Assembly (NCBI GenBank): GCA_963662795.1
Contig: OY759746.1
Span: 2,816,001 to 2,880,000 of the forward strand
Direction of reading: 5' to 3'
DNA length: 64,000 bases
Origin: Spirochaetia bacterium
GTDB taxonomy: Bacteria; Spirochaetota; Spirochaetia; CADAEX01
Shown: positions 39,391 through 49,049 of the stretch, piece by piece
How positions within the stretch are numbered: the first letter of the stretch is position 1
How the letters are laid out: every line of letters starts with the position of its first letter
The notes under the pieces: model-generated
Told to the model about the DNA's origin: nothing
The model's input: only the letters and a program-made list of their open reading frames with translations
The model's database searches: none
Made by a program: the position numbers and the translations under genes

Positions 39391-41256
39391 ATGCCTGATT
39401 TGTGTACAACTGGAAGAAAAATTATAATTTTTTGCATATTGATAATATTATCTTCAACCGTATCAGTTTTTGCCGATCCGGAAAAAATGATTTCCAATGG
39501 AATGACTTATTATTCCATAAACAGGAACAGGGGTTTTGAAATATCAACTGACAGGGGTTTTACCTGGAAAGCATTGAATAAAGGACTCCCTGATAAAATT
39601 GTATATCCATTCAATTCTTCAGAAAAACGGAATCTTACATCATTTTCAATTGATCATGATAATCCATCCATCCTGTGCGCAACGACAATTGATACTCTTT
39701 ATGTTACAGCAGACGACGGGATGCAGTGGAAAACCGTTCATCCGGTTTATCCGGTAAAAAAATCATATTATCTTACTGCGTCATCTGTTGCCGGAAAGGA
39801 TGGGAGAAATATACTGCTTGGAACATCCTTCAGCGGAATTTTTGAGTCATCAAACGGGGGTAAGTCCTGGACTTCGTATGCGGAAAGGATGGAAAAATTT
39901 GCCCGCGGGGCAGGGTTTTATGAGGATATATCCGCGCTTGAATACGGCGCTGATGAGGGCAGCTTCTTTATGGCAACAGGATATACTGCGGAAATATTTT
40001 TCTACAGAAAAGCTGATTCAACCTGGAGCAGCATCAGTGTCCCTGATTTAATAAAAAAACACGGTATTTCTTCAATGAGTTTTGATCCAGCCGGCAGTAT
40101 ACTTCATGTGTACAGCGGAAGCTATAAGTATTCATACGACAGCAGAGAATCACGATGGTTAAGCAGTTCAGTGAAACTCCCCTTTAAGGTTATATATGAA
40201 GATAAAAATAAAACCGCCAGAAAAGAGAAGGCGTCATTGAAAAAAGGGATTTATCTTTCTTCCCTTAATGCTGCAAGCAGGAGAATAGATAATTATTTTA
40301 CATTCCTGCTTGATAACAGAATGAATTCTGTTGTTGTTGATTTCAAGGATGATAATGGATTTGTAACTTACAATACCGGCAACAAAACCGCACTTGATGC
40401 AGGTGCAGTACGAAAACACATAAACGCATCAGATTTTATATCAAAAGCCCACAGCAGGGGCATTTATGTAATAGCCCGAATAGTTGTTTTCAAGGACAGG
40501 CAGCTTTTTTCCTGGGATTCAGGCAAATACGCCCTATGGGATGAAACAACAGATTCACCATGGGGTAATTTGGTTAAAACAGGTGAAGAATCTTTGGAGC
40601 AGAAAGAATTCTGGGTAGATCCCTATTCCATGTTTGTATGGGATTATAATATTGCATTGGCACAGGAACTACAGGCTCTCGGCGCTGATGAGATACAGTT
40701 TGACTATATCCGTTTTCCTACTGAGGGAAATCTTCAGCAGATAAAATACAGGCATAAAAAAGAGGGAATGAACAGAAGCGAAGCGCTTGAATCATTTTTA
40801 ATTAAAGTACGGGAAAAAATAACAATACCAGTAAGCACAGATCTCTATGGTTTTAATGCCTGGTACAGGATGGGAAACTGGAACGGTCAGCAGATTGATA
40901 TGTTCGCTGATTACGTTGATGTTATCTGTCCGATGTTTTATCCCTCTCATTTCCCTTCCGCTTTTCTTGAAGATCTTCCCTCCAATGAAAAGGCTGAAAA
41001 AATCTACGAAGAGGGTACTTCGCGTGCCGGCTTTAATGCCGGCAGCAGAAGTCTGATAAGACCCTATGTGCAGGCTTTTCTTATCGGAAGTGAAAGATCT
41101 TTTGAGCAGCCGCAATATTCGAATTATCTGAACATGCAGATAAAAGGCCTTTCCGAGGCTGGATCTTCAGGATTTACCTTGTGGAACGCCTCAGGCAGTT
41201 ATTATATGGTAAATGAAAGCATGAAATATTTTATACAATCTATCACGGGATCCTGA
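39391..41256 (+). CDS. Secreted protein with Asp-box (BNR) repeats and a DUF4015-like putative glycoside hydrolase barrel
   Basis: Signal peptide; STDRGFTW, TADDGMQW, SSNGGKSW; VVDFKDD.G, IARIVVFKD, WVDPY, DEIQFDYIRFP, PMFYPSHF, RPYVQAF. Confidence 0.75.
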   Translation: MPDLCTTGRKIIIFCILIILSSTVSVFADPEKMISNGMTYYSINRNRGFEISTDRGFTWKALNKGLPDKIVYPFNSSEKRNLTSFSIDHDNPSILCATTIDTLYVTADDGMQWKTVHPVYPVKKSYYLTASSVAGKDGRNILLGTSFSGIFESSNGGKSWTSYAERMEKFARGAGFYEDISALEYGADEGSFFMATGYTAEIFFYRKADSTWSSISVPDLIKKHGISSMSFDPAGSILHVYSGSYKYSYDSRESRWLSSSVKLPFKVIYEDKNKTARKEKASLKKGIYLSSLNAASRRIDNYFTFLLDNRMNSVVVDFKDDNGFVTYNTGNKTALDAGAVRKHINASDFISKAHSRGIYVIARIVVFKDRQLFSWDSGKYALWDETTDSPWGNLVKTGEESLEQKEFWVDPYSMFVWDYNIALAQELQALGADEIQFDYIRFPTEGNLQQIKYRHKKEGMNRSEALESFLIKVREKITIPVSTDLYGFNAWYRMGNWNGQQIDMFADYVDVICPMFYPSHFPSAFLEDLPSNEKAEKIYEEGTSRAGFNAGSRSLIRPYVQAFLIGSERSFEQPQYSNYLNMQIKGLSEAGSSGFTLWNASGSYYMVNESMKYFIQSITGS

Positions 41257-41275
41257 GCCTTATAGTCCTTCAATT

Positions 41276-42448
41276 TCAGGGGTTACTTTTATCAATCAGT
41301 GTCGCCTTGAAAACTTTAAGTCCGGGCTTTTTTTTTGATAAAGCCTGGACTGCTTTTTCAACTTCCCTTTTTTTTGAATAACTGTTTTCAAAAAGATCAA
41401 GCTGTTCCCCCTTTTCTTCCCCTTCCAGCGACATTAAAGCAGCTCCTATAAGTCTGACCGGTTTTGACCTGTCAAGCCTGGATTCGAGAAGTTCCTGCAG
41501 TGCCATGTATATTTCATCAGAGCACATAATTTTGGCCTTAATGGTCTTCCGGGCTGTTATTGATTCAAAATCATGATATTTTATCTTGATTGCGGTAGTT
41601 CTTGATGAACAGCCTGTTTCCATCAGTCTGAACATCAGCTGCTGCGATATATCAAGCAGTTCTTTTTTCAGAATCCTGATATCAATAATGTCTTTATCAA
41701 ATGTTGTTTCACTGCTTATGGATCTGCTTTTGGGGCAATTGTTCCAGATACCGGGATCTTCGCCTCTTACGGTTTTATAGATATATTCTGCAGCATTATC
41801 ACCCAGCATTCCAATGAGCATTTTTTTCGAGTAGGACCTCAGCTGCCTGACATCCGATATGCCAAGTTCGTGTAACCTTCGGAGCATTTTTTTCCCTACT
41901 CCCCACAGATCTTTTAATTTAACAGAATCGAGAAATTGAATTTCTTTCCCCTTTTCTATTTGGTAAAGACCGTCAGGCTTTCCGTATTCCGATGCAAGTT
42001 TTGCAAGCATTCTGTTTTCTGCTATTCCGACAGAGATAGTAAGACCTGTTTTTTCTCTTATTTCTGCTTTGAGTTTTACAGCGGCTTCAACCGGAGTCCC
42101 GAAAATAAGGCTGGTCCCTGTCATGTCGAGGTAGGCTTCATCAATCGAAACCTTGTTTACAACAGGAGAAAAAGACTGCAGAATTTCCATAATACTTCTG
42201 GATACAGACATATATCTATTCATTCTTACTGGAACAAAAATACAATCCGGACACCTCTTTTTTGCTTCCCCTGCAGGCATTGCCGAACGCACTCCGTAAA
42301 CCCGGGCTTCATAGGAACATGTTGAGACAACTCCTCTGATTCCGGTCCCGCCGACAACAACAGGTTTTCCCCTTAATTCAGGGTTATCCAGCTGTTCTAC
42401 CGCAGCATAAAACGCATCCATATCAACATGAAAGAAAACATTATCCAT
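41276..42448 (-). CDS. dinB: DNA polymerase IV (Y family)
   Basis: HVDMDAFYAAVE, CSYEAR.YGVRSAMP, SIDEAYLD, AKLAS..KPDG, WGVG, clamp-binding QLDLF. Confidence 0.96.
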   Translation of the reverse strand: MDNVFFHVDMDAFYAAVEQLDNPELRGKPVVVGGTGIRGVVSTCSYEARVYGVRSAMPAGEAKKRCPDCIFVPVRMNRYMSVSRSIMEILQSFSPVVNKVSIDEAYLDMTGTSLIFGTPVEAAVKLKAEIREKTGLTISVGIAENRMLAKLASEYGKPDGLYQIEKGKEIQFLDSVKLKDLWGVGKKMLRRLHELGISDVRQLRSYSKKMLIGMLGDNAAEYIYKTVRGEDPGIWNNCPKSRSISSETTFDKDIIDIRILKKELLDISQQLMFRLMETGCSSRTTAIKIKYHDFESITARKTIKAKIMCSDEIYMALQELLESRLDRSKPVRLIGAALMSLEGEEKGEQLDLFENSYSKKREVEKAVQALSKKKPGLKVFKATLIDKSNP

Positions 42449-44675
42449 AAATGCTCTTTTTTAATATTACCTGTTTTCTGAATTCCATATTATCCCCTGA
42501 CAGTTCCATTTCAACAGGCGGTTCTTTATAAATAAGGTTTATCGAGAACCAGAGGACTGTATCACTGTCTGTGAGGATATCAAGTGTAAGGGGAAATTCA
42601 GGATTGTCGCCGATATGGAATTCTCCTCCATCAAGGTTCTGGTTAAGTGTAAAAGGATAGTTACTGTCAAGAATTATGCTGTTCTCTTCAGTTGAAAATG
42701 TTATCTCAATTTTTTCAGGATTCCCGGCAGGAATAATATCAAGGACAATGTTTTTCCTGTCTAAAAACCATGATAGATTTTCCGTTACATCCAGCAGCTC
42801 CTCATCTGTTTTATTCAGATCAACAGAGAAGGAAATTTCCCTGTTATCTATTAAATAGCCGGTTCCATCTATTACAGCTTCTATTCGTCCGGTTTTTACG
42901 GGACTTGATATTTCAAGTTTCATTGCTTTGCTGTCAGTATCAACAATATTCACGGCAAGGACAGGCTGTTTCCTGTCTGCATAAAGATCTTTCATATAAT
43001 AACGGGAAGCAAGAGTGAGTAATGATAATAAAGTGGCTGCATAGATTGATCTTCTCAATAATCTGTATCTAAACGATTCGATATGGGTCTGTATAATAAG
43101 AACACGGAGTATCATCATGATCATGGGGAGAAGTATTGCGGCAATAAGAAGATTCCCGAATAATTTGTCTGTGATGAGAATATTGCACAGGTTGAGGGCG
43201 GGAACGCTGAATATATACTGAACAATATCATATATCAGGTAATAAGAAATTATAATGCATAAGGTTTTAACTATTCTGCTGCCTGAAAATGAAAAAATAA
43301 TAATCCACATCAGTGCCCATAGCGCATAAAAAGAAAGTGTTATACTGATGAATTGAAACATCATAAGGTTTATCAGCATTATAAATATGGCGCTTGATGA
43401 ATAAAAACTTCCGACAGCAGGCAGTTTGATCTTCCTTAAAATAAAAAGTGAGGAAAAAAAGAATACTGATGCGGTAAGTATCTTGATAATAAAAACATTG
43501 AAAGGGGTTTCGATCCAAAGCAATCGCGAGCCTTTCAGGGAGACTATAAACTCGGTTGTAAAGGCAGCCAGAAGAAGAAAAATAAAGCACAGGAAAAAAA
43601 AGAACGGAATAACCCAAAAATGTCTGATTATTTTCACAAGATAGCGGGTCAGATTCTTACTGTATGAAACTGCAAAAACGCCGAAAAGCGCGATTATTCC
43701 AAGATACAGCAGAATAAATGACTTTTCATTAACGAAAAAATATCCGCCTTTAAATGGAGTAACTATATAGTTTCTTTCCCAGTTTTTTCCCGGAGTTGCC
43801 CCGGTCAGTGAGATGAAAAAGGATATTAATCTTTTTGTAAATTCTTCTTTCTCTATGGCGGGTGTTGCCGGTGTTTTTTCCCTTTTTACAGCTGAAGTTA
43901 AATAAAGTGAAGGGATATTATTTTTTACAAATATATCAGTTTGTGATTTTATGTCATAACCGGCCTTGAACAGTCTGTTTTTTCTGACATCAATAAAAAA
44001 ATCAATTTTTTTCTGCTCCATTATCTCTGAGGCCTGTTTCAGAAACCAGAAAGGGGCCTGTCCTGCATCTGTTGCACTTACAATCTCAATTATTTCATCA
44101 TATTTTTCAATATTTAAATAAATCAGGGAGGAGTCGGATTCAGAAAAATAATCCTGAAGAAATACAGCAGAACCTGTTTGTCTTTTTACATTGACCGCCT
44201 CTGAGAAAGGAACATCGCTGTAATGATAATAATCCTGATTCTGATCATATGATGAAAAATCCGCGCCTGTGAAAACAATTTTTATTGTTTTTTCAGGCAA
44301 ATCCATGTTGAATATTTCGCAAAGTGCAAGACCGGCTGCAACATTCAGCGAACTGTCGCCAAGATTATTAACAGGGATGATAATAATCAGATTGCTTTCA
44401 CTTTTTCCTGCGAAATCAACAATTATGTTGGATGCAAATGAATGCTGTCCCCTTACCGTATCCAGCGGCTGTTCAGAATAGAAAACAGAGAGATTATCAA
44501 GCCTTTCCCTTATGTGAAAATAAACTGCTTTTTCCCGGCTTGAGTTGTTATTGCATGGATAAAGCGCTTCAAAAAAAACAATATCTTTTTCAAAATTTTC
44601 AGACGGAAAATTTATGTTCTGACTGAATACCACGGCTGATGTAAAGATAAATAATAAAAATATAAAATTTTTCAT
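42441..44675 (-). CDS. Membrane protein: degenerate M28-peptidase-like ectodomain, multi-TM region, C-terminal soluble domain
   Basis: Signal peptide; M28-like pattern (E..V..HI.ERL, NIIVDF.G, IKIVFTGAD, YLNIE, NIPSLYL) followed by about 8 TM helices. Stop overlaps the dinB start. Confidence 0.55.
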   Translation of the reverse strand: MKNFIFLLFIFTSAVVFSQNINFPSENFEKDIVFFEALYPCNNNSSREKAVYFHIRERLDNLSVFYSEQPLDTVRGQHSFASNIIVDFAGKSESNLIIIIPVNNLGDSSLNVAAGLALCEIFNMDLPEKTIKIVFTGADFSSYDQNQDYYHYSDVPFSEAVNVKRQTGSAVFLQDYFSESDSSLIYLNIEKYDEIIEIVSATDAGQAPFWFLKQASEIMEQKKIDFFIDVRKNRLFKAGYDIKSQTDIFVKNNIPSLYLTSAVKREKTPATPAIEKEEFTKRLISFFISLTGATPGKNWERNYIVTPFKGGYFFVNEKSFILLYLGIIALFGVFAVSYSKNLTRYLVKIIRHFWVIPFFFFLCFIFLLLAAFTTEFIVSLKGSRLLWIETPFNVFIIKILTASVFFFSSLFILRKIKLPAVGSFYSSSAIFIMLINLMMFQFISITLSFYALWALMWIIIFSFSGSRIVKTLCIIISYYLIYDIVQYIFSVPALNLCNILITDKLFGNLLIAAILLPMIMMILRVLIIQTHIESFRYRLLRRSIYAATLLSLLTLASRYYMKDLYADRKQPVLAVNIVDTDSKAMKLEISSPVKTGRIEAVIDGTGYLIDNREISFSVDLNKTDEELLDVTENLSWFLDRKNIVLDIIPAGNPEKIEITFSTEENSIILDSNYPFTLNQNLDGGEFHIGDNPEFPLTLDILTDSDTVLWFSINLIYKEPPVEMELSGDNMEFRKQVILKKSIYG

Positions 44676-44678
44676 CCT

Positions 44679-44702
44679 TAATAAGAGTATTTTATCATAT
44701 TT
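44679..44702 (-). promoter_or_regulatory. Extended -10 promoter motif, copy 2 of the 24-bp element
   Basis: Minus strand reads AAATATGATAAAATACTCTTATTA, ending 3 nt before the ATG at 44675. Confidence 0.6.
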
Positions 44703-44770
44703 GAATCGTCAATCTGTCATAATAATATTCTTTGACTATAATAGGAAATGTGCTATAATTTTCTTCAATT

Positions 44771-45280
44771 ATGGAATTATTAAAAGAAATAAATAACAGG
44801 ATCAGCTCCAGAAATTTTAAAGATAGTGCAATTGAAAAAGATATTGTCATGCGGATACTCGAAGCAGGCAGGATCGCGCCTTCCGCCAAAAACAGGCAGC
44901 CATGGAGATTTATCGTTATTGACAACAAGGTCTTAAAGGAGAAAATTGAGAAAGCCGCATACGGTCAGGAATATGTTGGTAACGCAGGTATAATTATTGC
45001 AGCATGTTCCACAAACATTGAGTATGACATGCCGAACGGCCAGCAGGCTTATCCGATTGATATTTCCATTGCAGTTTCTTTCATGATGATACAGGCAGAG
45101 CATGAAGGACTCGGAAGCTGCATTGTAACAACCTATGACGAGGCAGATGTCAAAGCCCTGCTTTCAGTGCCCTATTCCATGAGGGTTGTAATGCTGCTCC
45201 TGGTCGGCTATACAGATGACAAACTTATTGTAAGGGACAGGCAGTCTGTAAACCGTATTTCTGCCTTCAACCACTGGTAA
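44771..45280 (+). CDS. Nitroreductase family flavoprotein
   Basis: R.SSRNF, ILEAGRIAPSAKNRQPWRFIVI, AEHEGLGSC. Promoter TTGACT-N16-TATAAT at 44732-44759. Confidence 0.92.
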   Translation: MELLKEINNRISSRNFKDSAIEKDIVMRILEAGRIAPSAKNRQPWRFIVIDNKVLKEKIEKAAYGQEYVGNAGIIIAACSTNIEYDMPNGQQAYPIDISIAVSFMMIQAEHEGLGSCIVTTYDEADVKALLSVPYSMRVVMLLLVGYTDDKLIVRDRQSVNRISAFNHW

Positions 45281-45329
45281 AATAATTTAACCCTTTTGCT
45301 TCAGCAGGCAATCAGTATCTGCCTTTAAA

Positions 45330-46223
45330 TCAGAAAAAATATGTTATCTGGAATTCTTCAGCTATTTTAAAACCGAGATTAGTGTAAACCCTGATTGCCG
45401 CTTTGTTGTTTGTTTTAACAAAAAGTGAAGATTTCATTCCGGATTGCATTATTTTTTCGATCAAAAAACTTACGACTGAAGTAGAAATACCCATTCCCCT
45501 GTATTCCGGAAGTGTGTAAACTCCGCCGATCTGATAGAAACAAAACCCCTGCCCGTTTGTATTTGCCTTTGCAATAATCTTACCCGATTTTTCTGCGGCA
45601 ACAGTAATCTGTTCTTTCAGTACGGCTGCAAGGTGATGCGCAGTAACATAACTGTTGAACATTTCAGGGGAGGGGAGTACCTCTTCAATTTCATAATTTT
45701 CCTGCAGAGGAATAAGTCCGTAAAGATCATCAGCTGTTGCAGTCCGTATCCGCACTCCGCTGACAGTATTCCTCGATTTTTTAAATGCATCATTTTCCAG
45801 AGTCATTACAAAATAGCTGAAAGAATTTTTACCTTCCACTGCTGTTTTAGTACTGAATGATGATTTTAATATTTTTTCTACAGAAATTTTATCACCCATT
45901 ATCGTGTTGACTTTTATCAGTGAATTTCTGAAAAGATCAAGACCCTCACTGATATCAGGGAAATTGTTTTCTCCGGTTTGATGCTTCGAGACAGGGAAAA
46001 GCTGTCCGCTTTTTGTAAGCATAATTGCGCTGTCAACTGTTCTATTGTCCCGTTTTTTATGGATTATAATATCATCGTTGTTTGTAAAAAGCCGGTTCCT
46101 GATTGTTCCTTCCAGATGTTTTTTCCTGAAAGATGATGCGAAATTAATACAGCAGTATTCCCTTGACCGCAGAAAAACACTTAAATTTTCTGTATCATGC
46201 TGAAGAAAATATGACCAGGGCAT
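45330..46223 (-). CDS. GNAT-family acetyltransferase (C-terminal FR47-like domain)
   Basis: QIGGVYTLPEYRGMG, LFVKTNNKAAIRVYTNLGF. Confidence 0.85.
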   Translation of the reverse strand: MPWSYFLQHDTENLSVFLRSREYCCINFASSFRKKHLEGTIRNRLFTNNDDIIIHKKRDNRTVDSAIMLTKSGQLFPVSKHQTGENNFPDISEGLDLFRNSLIKVNTIMGDKISVEKILKSSFSTKTAVEGKNSFSYFVMTLENDAFKKSRNTVSGVRIRTATADDLYGLIPLQENYEIEEVLPSPEMFNSYVTAHHLAAVLKEQITVAAEKSGKIIAKANTNGQGFCFYQIGGVYTLPEYRGMGISTSVVSFLIEKIMQSGMKSSLFVKTNNKAAIRVYTNLGFKIAEEFQITYFF

Positions 46224-46224
46224 A

Positions 46225-47979
46225 TTACCTGTTACCGCTTAAGATAATCGGCAGTTTCCCCTCTGGAATGAAATCTCCTGCTATTGCCGCAAACCCGGCT
46301 GTGAATGATTCCCTGCCGGTACCGTAGACAGCAACACCTGAATCAAGCCATCCTGAATTTTCCAGGTATGCCGGGGAGAGTACAGACATGGCAATTACCC
46401 TGTTTTTTTTCCCTTCAAGGGTTTCAAGATACTGTGTCCCTGCAGGATTTGATACGCAGAATATAATCAGATCATAGCCTTCAGATGCTGAAGAAAAAGA
46501 GCTGATATCTTCACCGGCTGCTGAATAAAACGGATTATACGGGAAATAGTATGTATCCGCCTGGGGAAATCTCTTCAGTCCTTCCTCAAAAAAAAGACGG
46601 TGCGGTCCTGCAAGAAGTATTTTTTCTCCTTTTTGCGGTTTTTTCAGCGGCCTGTCTTCATAAATAAGTGTAACACTTCTGAATGCCTGCTGGCGGAAAA
46701 AAGCTTCGGCATCTTCAGACGGTATTGAAGATACATTCCTCTCTTTTTCCGAACCGGGAGTTTTTTCCCCAATTGAGAGGTATTGGTTTTTTGTCTTTAA
46801 TATCCGCCTTACACTTTCCCTGATCTGTTTTTCAAACTCCCTGTCGTTTTTAATTTCATTTATTATTCTGTTTCTTATATTCTCATAATCAGATAGATCA
46901 CGGGAAACCATAATCATGTCATTTCCGGCTTTAAGTGCGGAAAGACAGCTTTCGGTAATACTGCTCATTGATAAAGCCCCGTTCATCTGCATGTCATCTG
47001 TTATAATAATTCCATTGAAACCCATCTCTCCGCGCAGTATCTTTTTCAGCAGGAATGGAGAAAGAGACGCAGGGGAGTTATCACCTGTTATTTCAGGAAA
47101 TGCAAGATGTCCGCTCATTACTGCCGGGAGCTCTTCCCTTATTAAAAAATCATAGGGGAGCAGATCTGTGGATCTTATCTCTTCAAGTGTTGCATTTATT
47201 ACCGGAAGTTTGCCGTGGGAATCATCTTCTGTTCTTCCGTGGCCGGGAAAATGTTTTGCTGTGCATATAATTCCTGATTTCTTCATTCCGTTTACAAAAG
47301 CAGCTGCAAGCACTGCTGTTTTAAGAGGATTATCTGAAAAAGCTCTCGGTCCTATAACGTTGGCCTCATGATTTGTAAGGACATCCACTGTAGGTGCAAA
47401 ATTCATGTTTATCCCTATGGTTTTAAGTTCTCTGCCTATATACATGCCTGTCAAATATGAATCATTAATTATTTGTGAGGCGCCGAGCGACATGTTTCCT
47501 GCTGTGATGGATGAATTGCCCTTTATGTGGCGGACCCATCCCCCTTCCTGGTCTGTAGCAATAAAAAGCGGTATTTTATATTCCGACTCAGCGGATGCAC
47601 TCTGCATCTCTTTAATGCTTCTGCTCAGGGTATAAAGATTGTCGGCATTCCATCCGAATATTTTTATTCCGCCTATGCTTTTATTTTTTATCCATGAAAT
47701 AACTTCAGGGGACGGCTCATTACCCGTATACCCGATCATCATCACCTGGCCTGCAAGCTGGGAAGGGCCCATTTTCTCTGCAATTGCTGAGTATTTCTCT
47801 TCTTCCGCTGAAAAAGTGGTGAAGGAGGAAGATTCGTTTCTTTCAGCAGGGCTGCTGCCTGCAGAATCAATAAGGGAAACTTTTTTCCTGTTGAGATTTT
47901 CCGAGTAAAGTTTTAACCCTGCCGCCGCTGCCAGCAGCAGAATAAGGAATCCATATAATCTTAATTTTGTTATATTCAT
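46225..47979 (-). CDS. nagZ: GH3 beta-N-acetylhexosaminidase (NagZ-like), membrane-anchored or exported
   Basis: IATDQEGG, NFAPTVD, KHFPGHG...DSH, ITDDMQM. Confidence 0.85.
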   Translation of the reverse strand: MNITKLRLYGFLILLLAAAAGLKLYSENLNRKKVSLIDSAGSSPAERNESSSFTTFSAEEEKYSAIAEKMGPSQLAGQVMMIGYTGNEPSPEVISWIKNKSIGGIKIFGWNADNLYTLSRSIKEMQSASAESEYKIPLFIATDQEGGWVRHIKGNSSITAGNMSLGASQIINDSYLTGMYIGRELKTIGINMNFAPTVDVLTNHEANVIGPRAFSDNPLKTAVLAAAFVNGMKKSGIICTAKHFPGHGRTEDDSHGKLPVINATLEEIRSTDLLPYDFLIREELPAVMSGHLAFPEITGDNSPASLSPFLLKKILRGEMGFNGIIITDDMQMNGALSMSSITESCLSALKAGNDMIMVSRDLSDYENIRNRIINEIKNDREFEKQIRESVRRILKTKNQYLSIGEKTPGSEKERNVSSIPSEDAEAFFRQQAFRSVTLIYEDRPLKKPQKGEKILLAGPHRLFFEEGLKRFPQADTYYFPYNPFYSAAGEDISSFSSASEGYDLIIFCVSNPAGTQYLETLEGKKNRVIAMSVLSPAYLENSGWLDSGVAVYGTGRESFTAGFAAIAGDFIPEGKLPIILSGNR

Positions 47980-48005
47980 TTCTTCCCCGGATATAAGGCT
48001 GCCTC

Positions 48006-48938
48006 TCAGTTATAAGCATTCCCTTTCAGTTCATCAATAAGAAGGGCTGCTGAATGAGCCGCAATAGCTCCGTCTCCGCATGATACAATTATCTGTCTGA
48101 AAGGGGTATCCCTTACATCGCCGGCAGCAAAAAGTCCTTTAATGGATGTTTCCATATTACAGTCAACAATTACAAAACCTGCCTCATCTTTTGAGACATC
48201 GGGTAATACCTTTGTCTGGGGAAGAGAGCCGATAAAAATGAAAACTGCGTCGAACTCTTCCTCATACCTTTTCCCGTCTGTTGTCTCAAGAACAACTTTT
48301 TCTACTTTCGCAGTACCTTTTATCTCCCTGCATTCCGTGTTAAATCTTATTTCTATGTTTTTGTTTTTTTCAACCCTTTCCGCAAGCGCTTTCTGGGCCC
48401 TGAACCTCTCTTTTCTGTGTATCATTACAACCTTGTCTGTGAGTTTTGAAAGATATGTTGCCTCATCACAGGCAGCATCTCCTCCGCCTACTACAAGTAT
48501 TTTTTTATTCTTGAAAAAAGGACCGTCGCAGGTTGCGCAGTATGACACCCCTCTGCCTGAAAATTCGTCTTCGCCTTTGACCATGAGTTTTTTGTGCTTT
48601 GCCCCTGTTGCGACAATAACTGCATAGCTTGTATGTTCACCGGAATCAGTAATTACATGGAAAATATTACCTTTTTTCTCAATTTTCGTTACACTTTCAT
48701 TTATAATTTCCGCACCGAATTTCAATGCCTGCTTTTCCATATCATCGGAAAGCTTCATTCCGCTTATCGGTTCTTTGAATCCGGGATAATTTTCAAGATC
48801 ATTTATGAGCAAAACCTGCCCTCCGCTGCCCATCTCTTCAATCAACAGGGTTTTTAAATTACCTCTTGCGCTGTACTGGGCGGCTGTAAGCCCTGCAGGG
48901 CCCCCTCCGATGATGATGATGTCTTTTTCTGCGTTCAT
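48006..48938 (-). CDS. trxB: Thioredoxin-disulfide reductase
   Basis: IIGGGPAG, ENYPG, GRGVSYCATCDG, GGGDAA, HRKERFRA, FAAGDV. ATG at 48938 follows AAGGAG. Confidence 0.96.
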   Translation of the reverse strand: MNAEKDIIIIGGGPAGLTAAQYSARGNLKTLLIEEMGSGGQVLLINDLENYPGFKEPISGMKLSDDMEKQALKFGAEIINESVTKIEKKGNIFHVITDSGEHTSYAVIVATGAKHKKLMVKGEDEFSGRGVSYCATCDGPFFKNKKILVVGGGDAACDEATYLSKLTDKVVMIHRKERFRAQKALAERVEKNKNIEIRFNTECREIKGTAKVEKVVLETTDGKRYEEEFDAVFIFIGSLPQTKVLPDVSKDEAGFVIVDCNMETSIKGLFAAGDVRDTPFRQIIVSCGDGAIAAHSAALLIDELKGNAYN

Positions 48939-49049
48939 TCCAGGCTCCTTGATTTTTTTCTGCTGCGGCAAAATAGCTTCAGCAACTGTGTTTTAAAGTT
49001 TGAGTTTTTTTATTATACTATGGGTATAAGATAACATTACAGACAATTT

